41,152 nucleotides of DNA from a virus. Taxonomy: Duplodnaviria; Heunggongvirae; Uroviricota; Caudoviricetes. The stretch covers positions 1-41,152 of the IMG/VR virus record IMGVR_UViG_2703718810_000001; one strand, 5' to 3'. Position 1 is the first letter of the stretch. The number at the start of each line of letters is the position of its first letter. The notes beneath the pieces are model-generated. The model saw only the letters and a list, made by a program, of their open reading frames with translations. It was not told where the DNA came from and ran no database searches. The position numbers and the translations under genes were made by a program. Below, in pieces: positions 19,101 to 31,544 of this stretch.

Positions 19101-19388
19101 ATGACTGAACAAGAAATGCCGAGATACCAGTGCCACAAAAAAGTTCGCGCCCTGAAGATTGGCTCTATAGAACATAAGCCAAACCCAGATCAGTCTGGTA
19201 AGACTGGCTCTTCTAGTTATGGGGCAATTATTCATCCGGATGATAAGAAATACGCAGCATTTGATGTTAGCGCGGAATATATCTGTAAGCACCGACCAAT
19301 GTCTGGAGGCTATTACGTTGTCTATGAGGATGGATATGAATCATATTCTCCTGCTGAGGTATTTGAGTCTGGATATTCAAAATTATAG
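19101..19388 (+). CDS. hypothetical protein (95 aa)
   Basis: ORF 3 nt after the previous stop. Confidence 0.5.
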   Translation: MTEQEMPRYQCHKKVRALKIGSIEHKPNPDQSGKTGSSSYGAIIHPDDKKYAAFDVSAEYICKHRPMSGGYYVVYEDGYESYSPAEVFESGYSKL

Positions 19389-19397
19389 GAATCCTCT

Positions 19398-19577
19398 ATG
19401 ACAAGCGTCGTTGATCTTGGTAAGGAGAAGAAATTCCCAATTACTCAAGAGCTATACAAGCGGCTGGAAAGCGTCATCCATGATTACGATGGTGAAATCA
19501 GTTTATGCGAGGCGATTGGCACACTTGAATTGCTGAAGCAGTCACTGATTGAAGGCACGAAAGAGTCCTCAGCATGA
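19398..19577 (+). CDS. hypothetical small protein (59 aa)
   Basis: Hand-translated; ATG at 19398 with AGGA upstream; fills the gap before the small terminase gene. Confidence 0.4.
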   Translation: MTSVVDLGKEKKFPITQELYKRLESVIHDYDGEISLCEAIGTLELLKQSLIEGTKESSA

Positions 19578-19600
19578 AATAACAACTAAGTGAGATGAAT

Positions 19601-20089
19601 ATGGCAGCACCAAAGGGCAACCGATTTTGGGAGGCCCGCAGTAGTCATGGGCGAAATCCTAAATTCGAATCGCCTGAGGCGCTGTGGGCTGCTTGTTGTG
19701 AATACTTCGAGTGGGCTGATGATAACCCGCTATGGGAGGGTAAGGTATTTTCATATCAGGGAGAAATAATTAAGGCTAATGTCCCTAAGATGCGAGCCAT
19801 GACTATTTCAGGATTGTGCACCTTCCTTGATATCACCAGGCAAACATGGGGAACCTTCCGGTCAATGGAAGGTTTTTCTGACGTCACATCACGAGCGGAA
19901 GACATCATCTACGACCAGAAATTCTCTGGCGCAGCCGCTGACCTTCTCAACGCTAACATCATCGCCCGTGATTTGGGCCTCAAAGAGCAGTCGCAAGTTG
20001 AAGACGTGACACCTGATAAGGGAGATCGCGATAAGCGGCGCTCTCGTATCAAGGAGCTATTCAACCGTGGAACTGGACGCGATTCTTGA
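19601..20089 (+). CDS. terminase small subunit (P22 gp3-like)
   Basis: [22 protein letters not shown]... N-terminus; directly upstream of and overlapping the large terminase. Start could be 19595. Confidence 0.7.
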   Translation: MAAPKGNRFWEARSSHGRNPKFESPEALWAACCEYFEWADDNPLWEGKVFSYQGEIIKANVPKMRAMTISGLCTFLDITRQTWGTFRSMEGFSDVTSRAEDIIYDQKFSGAAADLLNANIIARDLGLKEQSQVEDVTPDKGDRDKRRSRIKELFNRGTGRDS

Positions 20090-21566
20090 TAACCTGAGCG
20101 ACGAAGAGCAAATCGAGTTGCTCGAGCTACTCGAAGAAGAAGAGAACTACCGGAACACACACCTGCTATATGAATTTACGCCATACAGCAAACAGCGTGA
20201 GTTCATCGACGCCGGGCATGACTATCCAGAGCGCTGTTTTATGGCTGGTAACCAGCTTGGTAAGTCATTTACTGGTGCTGCTGAAGTCGCGTTTCACCTT
20301 ACAGGGCGTTATCCGGGAACAAAAGGCTATCCGGCTGATGGTAAATATGGCGGGGAGTGGAAAGGTAAGCGTTTCTATGAGCCTGTTGTCTTCTGGATTG
20401 GCGGCGAGACAAACGAGACTGTAACCAAAACGACTCAACGCATCCTGTGCGGTCGTATCGAAGAGAATGATGAGCCTGGCTATGGTTCAATACCGAAAGA
20501 GGACATCATTAGCTGGAAGAAGTCTCCTTTCTTTCCGAACCTTGTTGATCATCTTCTGGTTAAGCATCACACGGCTGATGGCGTTGAAGATGGCATTTCA
20601 ATCTGCTACTTCAAACCATACTCGCAAGGCCGCGCTCGCTGGCAGGGTGACACAATCCACGGCGTGTGGTTTGACGAAGAGCCACCATACAGCATTTATG
20701 GCGAAGGTCTTACCCGTACCAACAAATACGGGCAATTCTCAATTCTGACGTTTACCCCGCTGATGGGGATGTCTGACGTTGTTACCAAGTTCCTGAAGAA
20801 TCCCAGCAAGTCTCAGAAAGTGGTCAACATGACCATCTATGACGCTGAGCACTACACCGACGAACAGAAAGAGCAAATCATCGCATCTTATCCTGAGCAT
20901 GAGAGAGAGGCGCGTGCTCGCGGTATTCCTACGATGGGTAGTGGTCGAATCTTCCAGATACCGGAAGAGACTATTAAGTGTCAGCCGTTCGAGTGTCCTG
21001 ATCACTTCTACGTAATTGGCGGGATGGATTTCGGATGGGATCACCCACAGGCCCAGGTTCAGCTTTGGTGGGATAAGGACGCAGACACAATCTACGTTTC
21101 ACGCGTGTGGAAGGCGAAAGAAAAAACAGCTGTTCAGGCATGGGGAGCTGTTAAATCATGGGCGCATAAAGTGCCAACCGCATGGCCTCATGACGGAAAC
21201 CAGCATGAGAAGGGCGGCGGTGAGCAGCTCAAAGGGCAGTATGCAGACGCTGGTTTTATGATGTTGCAGGAGCATGCGACATGGCCTGATGGCGGTAACG
21301 CTGTTGAGCCTGGCATCACTGAATTGCGAGACATGATGCTCGACGGTCGCTTCAAAGTATTCAACACCTGTGAGCCATTCTTTGAGGAGTTCCGCCTCTA
21401 TCACCGTGATGAAAACGGGAAAATCGTCAAGCTTAACGACGACGTGCTATCCGCCGTTCGCTATGCATACATGATGCGCCGCTTCGCAAAAATGATGCGC
21501 GACATCAAAAAGCCAAAAGAGAAAAAGATACCAGCCCCAATCAGGCCCATCGCACGGAGAACTTAA
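20067..21566 (+). CDS. terminase large subunit (P22 gp2-like, 499 aa)
   Basis: Same length as P22 gp2; position before the portal gene. Confidence 0.85.
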   Translation: MELDAILDNLSDEEQIELLELLEEEENYRNTHLLYEFTPYSKQREFIDAGHDYPERCFMAGNQLGKSFTGAAEVAFHLTGRYPGTKGYPADGKYGGEWKGKRFYEPVVFWIGGETNETVTKTTQRILCGRIEENDEPGYGSIPKEDIISWKKSPFFPNLVDHLLVKHHTADGVEDGISICYFKPYSQGRARWQGDTIHGVWFDEEPPYSIYGEGLTRTNKYGQFSILTFTPLMGMSDVVTKFLKNPSKSQKVVNMTIYDAEHYTDEQKEQIIASYPEHEREARARGIPTMGSGRIFQIPEETIKCQPFECPDHFYVIGGMDFGWDHPQAQVQLWWDKDADTIYVSRVWKAKEKTAVQAWGAVKSWAHKVPTAWPHDGNQHEKGGGEQLKGQYADAGFMMLQEHATWPDGGNAVEPGITELRDMMLDGRFKVFNTCEPFFEEFRLYHRDENGKIVKLNDDVLSAVRYAYMMRRFAKMMRDIKKPKEKKIPAPIRPIARRT

Positions 21567-23732
21567 ATGGCCGACGAAAACAGACTCAATTCCATTCTGT
21601 GTAAGTTTGACGCAGACTGGATGGCGAGCGATGAAGCCAGAACCGAGGCGACAAATGACCTGTATTTTAGCCGAGTGTCGCAATGGGATGACTGGCTATC
21701 AAACTACACCACCCTGCAATATCGCGGACAATTCGATGTTGTCCGCCCGGTGGTCAGGAAGTTGGTCGCAGAGATGCGCCGGAACCCTATCGACGTTCTC
21801 TTCCGACCAAAAGACGGTGCTAATCCTGATGCAGCCGATGTGTTGATGGGGATGTATCGTACTGATATGCGCCATAACACGGCAAAAATTGCCGTTAACG
21901 TTGGCGTTCGTGAGCAGATAGAGTCCGGCGTTGGTGCATGGCGTCTGGTCACGCAGTACGAAGACAACGATCCAACAAGCAACAATCAGGTAATCCGACG
22001 CCTGCCAATCCATGAAGCCTGCTCACACGTCATATGGGACGCCAACAGCAAGCAGATGGATAAGAGCGACGCTAAGCACTGCACGGTGATTAACGCCTTG
22101 TCGCGCAATGGCTGGAAAGAGTTCGCAGAGGATTACGGTATTGATCCGGACACCTTGCCATCTTTCCAGAATCCGAACGACACATGGCTGTTTCCGTGGG
22201 TATCGAATGATGTCGTCTACGTCGCTGAGTATTACGAGGTAGAAGAGAAGAAGGAGAAAGTCTTCATCTACCGCGACCCGCTGACAGGTGAGCCGGTCAG
22301 CTATTACCAGCAGGATATTAAAGACGTTATCGACGACCTGGCTAATCGTGGATTCATTAAGGTAGCAGAGCGTAAGGTGAAGCGTCGGCGTGTATATAAG
22401 TCGATCATCACCTGCACGCAGATACTGAAAGACCGCGAGAAGATAGCTGGAGAGCATATTCCAATCGTTCCAGTGTATGGCGAATGGTCATTCGCTGGTG
22501 ACAAGGAGTGCTACGAAGGAGTGGTAAGGCTGACGAAAGACGGTCAGCGCCTTCGTAACATGATCATGTCGTTCAACGCCGATATTGTTGCTCGTTCACC
22601 GAAGAAGAAACCGACCTTCTTCCCTGAGCAAATCGAAGGCTACGAATACATGTACGGTGGAAATGATGACTATCCGTACTATCTGCAGAACAAGACCGAT
22701 GAAAACGGTAACGACCTGCCGATTGGTCCAATCTCCTACATGGAAAACCCTGAAGTGCCGCAAGCCAACGCTTACATGCTTGAGGCTGCCACCAACGCAG
22801 TGAAAGAGGTGGCTAGTCTTGGTGTGGATGCGCAGGCAGCAAACTCTCAGGTCGCTTTCGATACCGTCAATCAACTGAACATGCGGGCAGACCTTGAGAC
22901 ATACGTGTTTCAGGATAACCTGGCTACCGCAATGCGACGTGATGGCGAGATTTATGCATCAATGGTCAACGATATTTATGACGTTCCTCGTCATGTAACT
23001 CTGACTCTTGAAGATGGTAGCGAGAAAGACGTTCAACTCTACGCGCAAGTTGTCGATTACCAGTCCGGCAATGTGGTCACACTCAATGACATTCGCGGTC
23101 GCTATGAGTGCTATACAGACGTCGGACCATCCTTCCAGAGTATGAAGGAACAGAACCGCGCAGAGATTCAGGAGTTGCTCACCAAGGTTCCGCAAGGTAC
23201 TCCAGAGTTCCAGATGCTGATGCTGCAATACTTCACGCTGCTTGACGGTAAAGGCGTCGAGATGATGCGAGAGTACGCGAACAAGCAACTGGTGATGATG
23301 GGGCTGAAGAAACCAGAAACACCTGGAGAGATGGAGATGGTGCAACAGGCACAACAACAGCCGCAGCAGCCATCAGCAGAGCAAATTCAGGCGCAGGGCA
23401 TCCTTCTGCAAGGTCAGGCTGAATTGCTCAAGGCAGAGAACCAACAGGCGCAGATTCAGGTTGAAGCTGCCAAGGTTGAAGCTCAAAACCAACTCAACGC
23501 CGCGAAGATTGCAGAAATATTCAACAATATGGACCTCGACAAGCAGGCAGAACTGCGTGAGTACCTCAAGCTCGTAGGTCAATTCCAGCAACAGCGCAGC
23601 AAAGATGCTCGTGCTAACGCTGAGCTGCTTCTTAAAGATGCAGACCAGACTCATTCACAACGCATGGATTTCGCGAATCTTATGCGTCAAGTTCAAATCC
23701 CCTCCGGCGGAGTAGCCGAGACACCTCAATAA
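21567..23732 (+). CDS. portal protein (P22 gp1-like)
   Basis: 721 aa with Gln-rich C-terminal barrel segment; matches P22 portal as recalled. Confidence 0.9.
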   Translation: MADENRLNSILCKFDADWMASDEARTEATNDLYFSRVSQWDDWLSNYTTLQYRGQFDVVRPVVRKLVAEMRRNPIDVLFRPKDGANPDAADVLMGMYRTDMRHNTAKIAVNVGVREQIESGVGAWRLVTQYEDNDPTSNNQVIRRLPIHEACSHVIWDANSKQMDKSDAKHCTVINALSRNGWKEFAEDYGIDPDTLPSFQNPNDTWLFPWVSNDVVYVAEYYEVEEKKEKVFIYRDPLTGEPVSYYQQDIKDVIDDLANRGFIKVAERKVKRRRVYKSIITCTQILKDREKIAGEHIPIVPVYGEWSFAGDKECYEGVVRLTKDGQRLRNMIMSFNADIVARSPKKKPTFFPEQIEGYEYMYGGNDDYPYYLQNKTDENGNDLPIGPISYMENPEVPQANAYMLEAATNAVKEVASLGVDAQAANSQVAFDTVNQLNMRADLETYVFQDNLATAMRRDGEIYASMVNDIYDVPRHVTLTLEDGSEKDVQLYAQVVDYQSGNVVTLNDIRGRYECYTDVGPSFQSMKEQNRAEIQELLTKVPQGTPEFQMLMLQYFTLLDGKGVEMMREYANKQLVMMGLKKPETPGEMEMVQQAQQQPQQPSAEQIQAQGILLQGQAELLKAENQQAQIQVEAAKVEAQNQLNAAKIAEIFNNMDLDKQAELREYLKLVGQFQQQRSKDARANAELLLKDADQTHSQRMDFANLMRQVQIPSGGVAETPQ

Positions 23733-23745
23733 GAGAGAGTTAATC

Positions 23746-24657
23746 ATGGACCAAACCACCGACATTCAGGCTTCTGAAGAATTAACCCTGACCGGCAATC
23801 ATGCAGCGGCATCTGCTGATGGCTTAGTTGTCGATAATGCCAACGACAACGCAGGTCAGGAAGAAGGCTTCGAGATTGTCCTGAAAGACGATGAGAAACC
23901 AAAACAAGACCCGGCAACTAATGCTGAATTTGCCCGTCGCCGCATCGAACGCAAACGCCAGCGTGAGCTTGAGCAGCAGATGGAAGCGGTTAAGCGTGGA
24001 GAATTGCCGGAGCACCTGCGGGTGAACCCTGAGTTACCAAAACAACCAGACCCTAACGATTATCTTTCCGAAGACGCACTGGCTAAGTACGACTATGACC
24101 AGAGCCGCGCACTGGCGGCCTTCCAGCAGGCAAACAGTGAATGGCAGATCAAGGCTATGGACGCACGAAGCCAGGCTGTCGCCGAGCAGGGTCGCAAAAC
24201 TCAGGAGTTCACCCAGCAATCAGCGCAATACGTCGAGGCAGCCCGTAAGCACTACGACGCAGCGGAAAAGCTCAATATCCCTGACTATCAGGAGAAAGAG
24301 GATGCATTCATGCAACTGGTGCCGCCAGCAGTCGGTGCCGATATCATGCGTCTCTTCCCGGAGAAATCCGCTGCTCTCATGTATCACCTTGGTGCTAATC
24401 CTGAGAAAACACGCCAGTTGCTGGCGATGGACGGGCAATCCGCGCTGATTGAACTCACTCGACTGTCAGAACGTTTAACTCTCAAGCCTCGAGCCAAGCC
24501 TGTTTCAGAAGCCCCGTTACCTGATGAACCCATTCAGGGACACGCTGTTGCTGCAAATATCTCTGCGATTGAAAAGCAGATGGAAGCGGCAGCAAACAAA
24601 GGGGATGTAGAGACGTACCGCAAGCTCAAGGCGCAACTGAATAAAGGAATTCGATAA
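23746..24657 (+). CDS. scaffolding protein (P22 gp8-like, 303 aa)
   Basis: Same length as P22 gp8 and matching sequence as recalled. Confidence 0.85.
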   Translation: MDQTTDIQASEELTLTGNHAAASADGLVVDNANDNAGQEEGFEIVLKDDEKPKQDPATNAEFARRRIERKRQRELEQQMEAVKRGELPEHLRVNPELPKQPDPNDYLSEDALAKYDYDQSRALAAFQQANSEWQIKAMDARSQAVAEQGRKTQEFTQQSAQYVEAARKHYDAAEKLNIPDYQEKEDAFMQLVPPAVGADIMRLFPEKSAALMYHLGANPEKTRQLLAMDGQSALIELTRLSERLTLKPRAKPVSEAPLPDEPIQGHAVAANISAIEKQMEAAANKGDVETYRKLKAQLNKGIR

Positions 24658-25952
24658 TGGCATTAAATGAAGGTCAACTGGTCACGTATGCTCTGGATGA
24701 AATCATCGAAACCGTCCAGAACCTGACGCCAATGGCGTCCAAAGTGACAAAATACACCCCTCCGGCAGAATCCATGCAGCGTTCAAGCAACACCGTGTGG
24801 ATGCCTGTTGAGCAGGAAGCGCCAACCCAGACTGGCTGGGATTTAACTGGCAACGCAACCGGGATTCTGGAACTCTCCGTGAAATGCAACATGGGCGACC
24901 CGGATAACGATTTTTTCGAGCTTCGTGCAGATGACCTGCGTGATGAGCGTTCTTACCGTCGCCGCATCCAGGCATCCGCCAAAAAACTGGCGAATAACAT
25001 TGAGTCAGCGATTGCCAAACAGGCAACTGAAATGGGCTCGCTTGTTGTTCACGATACCCGCGCAATTGGTCCATCTACTGGCCTGTCTGGCTGGGATTTT
25101 GTGTCTGATGCAGAGCGCCTGATGTTCTCCCGTGAGCTAAACCGCGATATGGGCATCAGTTACTTCCTGAACCCTGACGATTACCGCAAAGCAGGCCGCA
25201 ACCTGGTAGATGGTGACATCTTCGGGCGCGTTCCTGAAGAAGCGTATCGCAACGGTACTATTCAGCGTCAGATTGCTGGCTTTGATGAAATTCTTCGCTC
25301 ACCGAAACTTCCTGCAGTTACCAAGTCAACCGCTACTGGTGTAACTGTTTCTGGTGCGCAGAAGTTTAAGCCGCAGGCATACACTCTTGATACCGATGGT
25401 AACAAAGAGAACGTCGATAACCGTGTTGCAACGGTGACCGTATCCTCCACCACCGGATTTAAGCGCGGCGACAAAATCAGCTTCACTGGTGTGAAATTCC
25501 TGTCTCAGATGGCGAAGAACGTGCTAACTGATGATGCGACTTTCTCAATCACCCGTGTGATCGATAGTACTCACATCGAAATCACGCCGAAGCCGATTGC
25601 ACTTGATGACGCGTCACTGACAAAAGAAGAGAAGGCTTACGCTAACGTAAACACCTCTCTTGCTGATACCACTCCGGTAAACGTTCTGAACGTGGCAACA
25701 ACAACCGCTAACGTGTTCTGGGCTGATGACTCAATCCGTCTGCTGTCTCAGCCGATCCCGGTAACCCATGAACTGTTTGCTGGCATGAAAACGTCTTCCT
25801 TCAGCATTCCTGGTATTGGTGTTAACGGCATCTTCGCAACGCAGGGTGATATCAACACTCTGTCTGGTAAGTGCCGTATTGCTGTGTGGTATTCAGCATG
25901 TGCTGTACGACCAGAGGCAATTGGTGTTGGTCTGCCTAACCAGACCGCGTGA
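24657..25952 (+). CDS. major coat protein (P22 gp5-like)
   Basis: 431 aa; matches P22 coat protein as recalled; followed by a strong terminator. Confidence 0.9.
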   Translation: MALNEGQLVTYALDEIIETVQNLTPMASKVTKYTPPAESMQRSSNTVWMPVEQEAPTQTGWDLTGNATGILELSVKCNMGDPDNDFFELRADDLRDERSYRRRIQASAKKLANNIESAIAKQATEMGSLVVHDTRAIGPSTGLSGWDFVSDAERLMFSRELNRDMGISYFLNPDDYRKAGRNLVDGDIFGRVPEEAYRNGTIQRQIAGFDEILRSPKLPAVTKSTATGVTVSGAQKFKPQAYTLDTDGNKENVDNRVATVTVSSTTGFKRGDKISFTGVKFLSQMAKNVLTDDATFSITRVIDSTHIEITPKPIALDDASLTKEEKAYANVNTSLADTTPVNVLNVATTTANVFWADDSIRLLSQPIPVTHELFAGMKTSSFSIPGIGVNGIFATQGDINTLSGKCRIAVWYSACAVRPEAIGVGLPNQTA

Positions 25953-25959
25953 TAACCAG

Positions 25960-25984
25960 AGGGAGCTTCGGCTCCCTTTTTTAT
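25960..25984 (+). terminator. rho-independent terminator after the coat gene
   Basis: AGGGAGC-ttcg-GCTCCCT followed by TTTTTTAT. Confidence 0.65.
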
Positions 25985-25996
25985 CTGGAGACAAGC

Positions 25997-26221
25997 ATGA
26001 CACACATGATTTTTCGTCATGGAGACATGAAGAAGTGGAAAGGCGTTGGATACGACTTTGAAATCGTGAAAGCCGAAGAGCTTCAGGAATATCTGGATGC
26101 TGGTTGGTTTTCACATCCTGATGACCTTTTGAAGGATGTTGCAGAGCCAGAAGAAAAGCAGCGTAAAAAGCCTGGTCGAAAACCTAAGGCGGCAGCAGAT
26201 GAACCTGACAACGAAGGGTGA
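25997..26221 (+). CDS. hypothetical small acidic/basic protein (74 aa)
   Basis: ATG at 25997 with GGAG upstream; overlaps the gp4 start by 23 nt. Confidence 0.4.
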   Translation: MTHMIFRHGDMKKWKGVGYDFEIVKAEELQEYLDAGWFSHPDDLLKDVAEPEEKQRKKPGRKPKAAADEPDNEG

Positions 26222-26699
26222 TTTAGTTCTTGCGGCATTACGTAAGCTCGGTGTGGCATCAAATGCCACGTTAACCGATGTCGAACCGCAGTCTATGGAA
26301 GACGGCGTCAACGACCTTGAAATGATGATGGCTGAATGGCTTGGCGGTGATGCGTCACCTGGTATCAACGTTGGCTACATTTTTGCTGATGCAGATGTTG
26401 CTCCGGATCCGGGCGATGAGCACGGCTTATCAAATAACGCTATAAATGCCGTCATTTTCAACCTTGCCTGCCGCATTGCTCCAGATTATGCGCTGGAAGC
26501 GTCTGCAAAACTTATAACCACTGCCAGATACGGGAAAGAGCGACTCGTCAAACTGTCTGCAATGGACAGAGCAAAAGCCGCAAAATGTAAGTCCGGTTAT
26601 CCAAACCGTATGCCTGTTGGCAGTGGAAACCAGTTGGCGAAGTGGAACGGTTGGAATTACTTCCACCGAAAGGAACCTTGTGATAACGGGAGCGAATAA
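26199..26699 (+). CDS. tail accessory factor / head completion protein (P22 gp4-like)
   Basis: From [21 protein letters not shown]..., 166 aa like P22 gp4. Confidence 0.75.
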   Translation: MNLTTKGDLVLAALRKLGVASNATLTDVEPQSMEDGVNDLEMMMAEWLGGDASPGINVGYIFADADVAPDPGDEHGLSNNAINAVIFNLACRIAPDYALEASAKLITTARYGKERLVKLSAMDRAKAAKCKSGYPNRMPVGSGNQLAKWNGWNYFHRKEPCDNGSE

Positions 26700-28117
26700 T
26701 GCCGATTCAGCAACTTCCGCTTATGAAAGGTGTCGGCAAAGACTTTAGAAACGCCGACTATATCGACTATCTGCCAGTGAATATGTTGGCTACACCCAAA
26801 GAAATCCTTAACAGCAGCGGATATCTTCGTTCATTCCCGGGCATTGCCAAACGTTCTGATGTGAACGGAGTATCGCGAGGCGTCGAGTACAACATGGCGC
26901 AGAGTGCTGTTTATCGCGTGTGTGGTGGCAAGCTGTACAAAGGCGAAAGCGAAGTCGGTGACGTCGCCGGAAGTGGTCGTGTATCAATGGCGCATGGTCG
27001 TACATCTCAGGCGGTAGGCGTTAATGGTCAACTGGTCGAGTATCGCTATGATGGCACGGTTAAAACCATCTCAAACTGGCCTACAGACAGTGGATTTACG
27101 CAGTATGAGTTAGGTTCGGTTCGCGACATTACGCGCTTGCGCGGGCGTTATGCGTGGTCAAAAGACGGCACTGATTCATGGTTTATCACTGACCTTGAAG
27201 ACGAATCGCATCCTGACCGCTACAGTGCACAATATCGCGCAGAATCGCAGCCGGACGGCATCATCGGTATCGGCACATGGCGAGACTTCATCGTCTGCTT
27301 TGGTTCATCGACGATTGAGTATTTTTCCCTGACTGGTGCAACCACCGTTGGTGCCGCTTTGTATGTCGCACAGCCATCACTGATGGTGCAGAAAGGCATT
27401 GCCGGGACTTACTGCAAAACGCCGTTTGCTGACTCGTATGCGTTCATCAGCAATCCGGCAACAGGTGCGCCGTCTGTATACATCATCGGCTCCGGTCAGG
27501 TATCACCAATCGCCAGCGCGAGCATTGAGAAAATACTACGCTCCTACACTGCTGATGAACTGGCTGAAGGCGTGATGGAATCGCTGCGGTTTGATGCGCA
27601 TGAGTTGCTGATTATCCATCTTCCGCGCCACGTACTCGTGTACGACGCATCTTCAAGCGCCAATGGTCCGCAATGGTGTGTGCTGAAAACAGGCCTGTAT
27701 GACGATGTGTACCGCGCTATAGACTTCATTTACGAAGGCAATAAGATAACGTGCGGCGATAAGCTGGAGTCCGTGACCGGGAAATTGCAATTCGATATCA
27801 GCAGCCAGTACGACAAGCAACAGGAACACCTGTTGTTTACTCCGTTGTTCAAAGCAGATAACGCCAGAGTTTTCGACCTTGAGGTTGAGTCGTCAACTGG
27901 AGTTGCGCAGTATGCTGACCGCCTTTTTCTCTCTGCAACCACTGACGGCATCAATTACGGGCGTGAGCAGATGATTGAGCAGAATGAACCGTTCGTTTAC
28001 GACAAACGTGTTTTGTGGAAGCGAGTAGGGCGCATCAGGAAAAATGTCGGCTTCAAATTGCGCGTTATCACGAAGTCACCTGTCACTCTGTCTGGCTGCA
28101 AGATAAGGATTGAGTAA
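26699..28117 (+). CDS. tail hub protein (P22 gp10-like, 472 aa)
   Basis: Same length and order as P22 gp10. Confidence 0.8.
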   Translation: MPIQQLPLMKGVGKDFRNADYIDYLPVNMLATPKEILNSSGYLRSFPGIAKRSDVNGVSRGVEYNMAQSAVYRVCGGKLYKGESEVGDVAGSGRVSMAHGRTSQAVGVNGQLVEYRYDGTVKTISNWPTDSGFTQYELGSVRDITRLRGRYAWSKDGTDSWFITDLEDESHPDRYSAQYRAESQPDGIIGIGTWRDFIVCFGSSTIEYFSLTGATTVGAALYVAQPSLMVQKGIAGTYCKTPFADSYAFISNPATGAPSVYIIGSGQVSPIASASIEKILRSYTADELAEGVMESLRFDAHELLIIHLPRHVLVYDASSSANGPQWCVLKTGLYDDVYRAIDFIYEGNKITCGDKLESVTGKLQFDISSQYDKQQEHLLFTPLFKADNARVFDLEVESSTGVAQYADRLFLSATTDGINYGREQMIEQNEPFVYDKRVLWKRVGRIRKNVGFKLRVITKSPVTLSGCKIRIE

Positions 28118-28965
28118 TGGCGGATTCGAATCTCAATGTGCCGGTAATCATTCAGGCTACACGGCTCGACACATCAGTCCTTCCACGCAATATCTTCTCG
28201 CAGTCGTATCTGCTTTACGTTATCGCACAGGGTACTGATGTTGGTAACGTGGCTAACAAAGCCAACGAGGCCGGACAGGGCGCTTATGACGCACAAGTCA
28301 GGAACGATGAGCAGGATGTGATTCTCGCTGACCATGAGCAGCGAATTTCTGCTGCGGAAGCAACGCTTGTTAATCATGAGGAGCGAATCAGCCAGGCAGA
28401 ATCAACTCTTCAGGAACATGAAACGCGAATCGCTCAGAATGAAAGCGATATTGCGTCGCTTGATACCAGAGTTCAGTCGCTGGAGTCGCAGGTTTCAGAC
28501 CATGAAACGCGCATTGATGCTCTGGAGTATGCCACCACGCGCAAGAAATCAGAGGTTGTTTACTCAGGGGTATCGGTAACAATTCCGACAGCATCTACTA
28601 ACCTTGTTGACCTGCTGAAAACACTCACGCCGTCATCCGGCACGCTGGCACCATTCTTCGACACCGTTAACAACAAGATGGTTGTGTTCAACGAGAACAA
28701 AACCTTGTTCTTCAAGCTGTCGATCGTCGGGACGTGGCCCAGCGGAACCGCCAACAGGTCAATGCAGCTAACCTTTTCCGGCTCTGTTCCTGATACGCTG
28801 GTCAGCAGTCGTAATGCGGCGACAACAACCGACAACATCCTGTTAGCTACATTCTTCAGCGTGGATAAAGACGGATTTCTTGCCACAAATGGCAGTACGT
28901 TAACCATTCAGTCAAATGGGGCGGCGTTTACTGCCACAACCATCAAGATAATCGCGGAGCAGTGA
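28117..28965 (+). CDS. tail needle protein (gp26-like) with extended C-terminal domain
   Basis: N-terminus [18 protein letters not shown]... like P22 gp26; heptad coiled coil; 282 aa versus 233 in P22. Confidence 0.8.
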   Translation: MADSNLNVPVIIQATRLDTSVLPRNIFSQSYLLYVIAQGTDVGNVANKANEAGQGAYDAQVRNDEQDVILADHEQRISAAEATLVNHEERISQAESTLQEHETRIAQNESDIASLDTRVQSLESQVSDHETRIDALEYATTRKKSEVVYSGVSVTIPTASTNLVDLLKTLTPSSGTLAPFFDTVNNKMVVFNENKTLFFKLSIVGTWPSGTANRSMQLTFSGSVPDTLVSSRNAATTTDNILLATFFSVDKDGFLATNGSTLTIQSNGAAFTATTIKIIAEQ

Positions 28966-29420
28966 TGATTCAGTTCAAACCAACGCGAAACATCGACCTG
29001 ATCGAAGCAGTCGGAAATCACCCTGACATTATTGCCGGAAGCAACAACGGTGATGGATACGACTACAAGCCTGAATGCCGTTACTTTGAGGTTAACGTGC
29101 ACGGTCAGTTTGGCGGCATTGTTTACTATCAGGAAATTCAGCCGCTTACATTCGATTGCCACGCCATGTACCTGCCAGAGGTTCGTGGATTCAGCAAGGA
29201 AATCGGGCTGGCGTTCTGGCGATACATTCTTACTAACACCACCGTTCAGTGCGTCACATCGTTCGCTGCGCGCAAATTCCGCCACGGTCAGATGTACTGC
29301 GCAATGATTGGCCTTAAGCGTGTAGGAACCATCAAGAAATACTTCAAAGGCGTGGATGACGTGACTTTTTACAGCGCAACACGCGAAGAACTAATCGACT
29401 TCCTGAATCACGGGAGATAG
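28962..29420 (+). CDS. virion assembly protein (P22 gp14-like)
   Basis: Gene order after the tail needle gene. Confidence 0.65.
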   Translation: MMIQFKPTRNIDLIEAVGNHPDIIAGSNNGDGYDYKPECRYFEVNVHGQFGGIVYYQEIQPLTFDCHAMYLPEVRGFSKEIGLAFWRYILTNTTVQCVTSFAARKFRHGQMYCAMIGLKRVGTIKKYFKGVDDVTFYSATREELIDFLNHGR

Positions 29421-29422
29421 CC

Positions 29423-30118
29423 ATGTTATATGCATTTAAGCTGGGCAGAAAACTGCGCGGCGAGGAACCTTATTGCCCTGAAAAAGGCGGGAAAGGTGGC
29501 AGCTCTGATAAAAGCGCAAAGTATGCAGCAGAAGCTCAGAAGTATGCAGCAGACCTGCAAAATCAGCAGTTCAACACCATCATGAACAACCTGAAGCCGT
29601 TTACTCCTCTGGCTGATAAGTATGTCGGCAGCCTCGAGAACTTATCGTCTCTGGAAGGGCAAGGTCAGGCACTTAACCAGTATTACAACTCTCAGCAGTA
29701 CAAAGATCTTGCTGGTCAGGCTCGCTATCAGAGTCTGGCGGCAGCGGAAGCAACAGGTGGATTGGGTTCCACTGCAACCGGTAATCAGTTAGCAACAATC
29801 GCACCAACGCTTGGTCAGCAATGGCTATCTGGTCAGATGAACAACTACCAGAATCTGGCAAATATTGGTCTTGGCGCACTGCAAGGTCAGGCAAACGCCG
29901 GGCAGACATATGCCAACAACATGAGTCAGATTTCGCAGCAAAGTGCGGCTCTTGCAGCGGCAAATGCCAACAGACCATCAGCAATGCAATCTGCTATTGG
30001 CGGAGGTGCGTCTGGTGCTATTGCTGGGGCTGGACTTGCGAAATTAATTGGTTCATCAACTCCGTGGGGTGCTGGTATCGGTGCTGGTATCGGTCTGCTT
30101 GGTTCACTGCTTTATTAA
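29423..30118 (+). CDS. ejection protein (P22 gp7-like)
   Basis: Length and order as P22 gp7; Gln/Ala-rich with Gly-rich C-terminus. Confidence 0.75.
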   Translation: MLYAFKLGRKLRGEEPYCPEKGGKGGSSDKSAKYAAEAQKYAADLQNQQFNTIMNNLKPFTPLADKYVGSLENLSSLEGQGQALNQYYNSQQYKDLAGQARYQSLAAAEATGGLGSTATGNQLATIAPTLGQQWLSGQMNNYQNLANIGLGALQGQANAGQTYANNMSQISQQSAALAAANANRPSAMQSAIGGGASGAIAGAGLAKLIGSSTPWGAGIGAGIGLLGSLLY

Positions 30119-30128
30119 GGGGTAATCA

Positions 30129-31544
30129 ATGGCTACGTGGCAACAGGGTATTAATTCTGGTGGTTTTCTGGCTGGCATCGGTACGCAAAATGAGAATGCG
30201 CCAAAGGCAAGCGACATTAACGCAACGCTTGGTATGATCCGCGAAAACAATGAACTGGCTCGCTCAGGTGCAAATAACGTTGGCCTGACCGCGTTACGTG
30301 GTCTGGCTGGAGTTGCTGATATTTACAATCAGGAACAGCAACAGAAAGCTATTAGTGCGTTCAATAAGGTTCACGCTGATGCATGGGCTTCTGGTGATCC
30401 ATCGGGACTATTTAAGTTTTCCCAGGAAAATCCAGCGTTTGTTGCACAGGCACAACAGGCGTTTTCCGGTCTTAATGATCAGCAACGCAACGATATGGGC
30501 GATTTAGCCATGAGGGCTAACGTCGCTCTTTCTCAGGGACCGGAAGCCTACAGTAAATTCATTACTGACAACAAGGACAGGTTAAATCGCGTTGGTGCTA
30601 ATGCTGACTGGATGATTCAGACAGGTATCCAGAATCCAGAGCAGCTATCACACATGCTGACTACTATGTCTCTCGGTGCGCTTGGACCAGAAAAGGCGTT
30701 TGCTGTTCAGGACAAGATGGCTGGTCGTGAGATTGACCGAGGCAGGCTGGCAGAGACAATCCGCAGCAATCAGGCTGGAGAAGCACTTCAGGCGAGAGGG
30801 CAAAACCTTTCCTATCAGTCAGCAATGACTGGGCACAATATCGCAGCACAACGCTTGGCTCTGGATCAGCAAGAGTTCGGGTTTAAGATGCAGCAAGCGC
30901 AGGAAAAGGCTCAGCAGTTGATTAGCGAAGCACCTAAGCTGTCAGTAAACATGGAAAAAGGCATCGAGACGGCTGTAAACAATGCCACAGCATCATCAAA
31001 CTCAGCCAATTCCATGAGTGCGCTTGCTCAACAGTTCAGAGCAGAAAAACCAACGACCGGCTTGTTCGGTAACGCACAGAACATGTTCGCAAAACTTACC
31101 GGAAGCGATACGACATTGCGTGATTTGCGCATTCGCCAAAATGCCCTTGTTAACAGTCAGGTTCTTAAATTCCTACCTCCCGGACCAGCAACGGATAAAG
31201 ACGTTGAGATCGTTCGACAGGGTGCGCCAACTGACATGGATAACCCTGAGACGGTCGCAAGATGGCTTGATGCAATGGCAAACCTTGAGCGACGAAACGC
31301 GCAGTTTAATGAGTTTAAAGCTGAGTGGATGAGCGCGAATGGCAACCCTGGACAATCGCGTAATGGCGGTCAGATATTGGGGTTGGATGTTAAAAAAGGT
31401 GAATCATTGGGGAGTGCCGTTAAGCGGTATATGTCAATGAATACTGACGCAGCGCCAGCACAAGATTCGACACCTTCAGGAGAACCACGGAATCAGTTTG
31501 GATCATATACCTCAAAATCAGGCATTCAATTTACGGTGGAATGA
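30129..31544 (+). CDS. ejection protein (P22 gp20-like, 471 aa)
   Basis: Same length and order as P22 gp20. Confidence 0.75.
   Translation: MATWQQGINSGGFLAGIGTQNENAPKASDINATLGMIRENNELARSGANNVGLTALRGLAGVADIYNQEQQQKAISAFNKVHADAWASGDPSGLFKFSQENPAFVAQAQQAFSGLNDQQRNDMGDLAMRANVALSQGPEAYSKFITDNKDRLNRVGANADWMIQTGIQNPEQLSHMLTTMSLGALGPEKAFAVQDKMAGREIDRGRLAETIRSNQAGEALQARGQNLSYQSAMTGHNIAAQRLALDQQEFGFKMQQAQEKAQQLISEAPKLSVNMEKGIETAVNNATASSNSANSMSALAQQFRAEKPTTGLFGNAQNMFAKLTGSDTTLRDLRIRQNALVNSQVLKFLPPGPATDKDVEIVRQGAPTDMDNPETVARWLDAMANLERRNAQFNEFKAEWMSANGNPGQSRNGGQILGLDVKKGESLGSAVKRYMSMNTDAAPAQDSTPSGEPRNQFGSYTSKSGIQFTVE

Noticed and set aside
21607-23654. Multiple ORFs on both strands inside the portal gene
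   Set aside because: All nested within a well-supported 721-aa portal gene; shadow frames.
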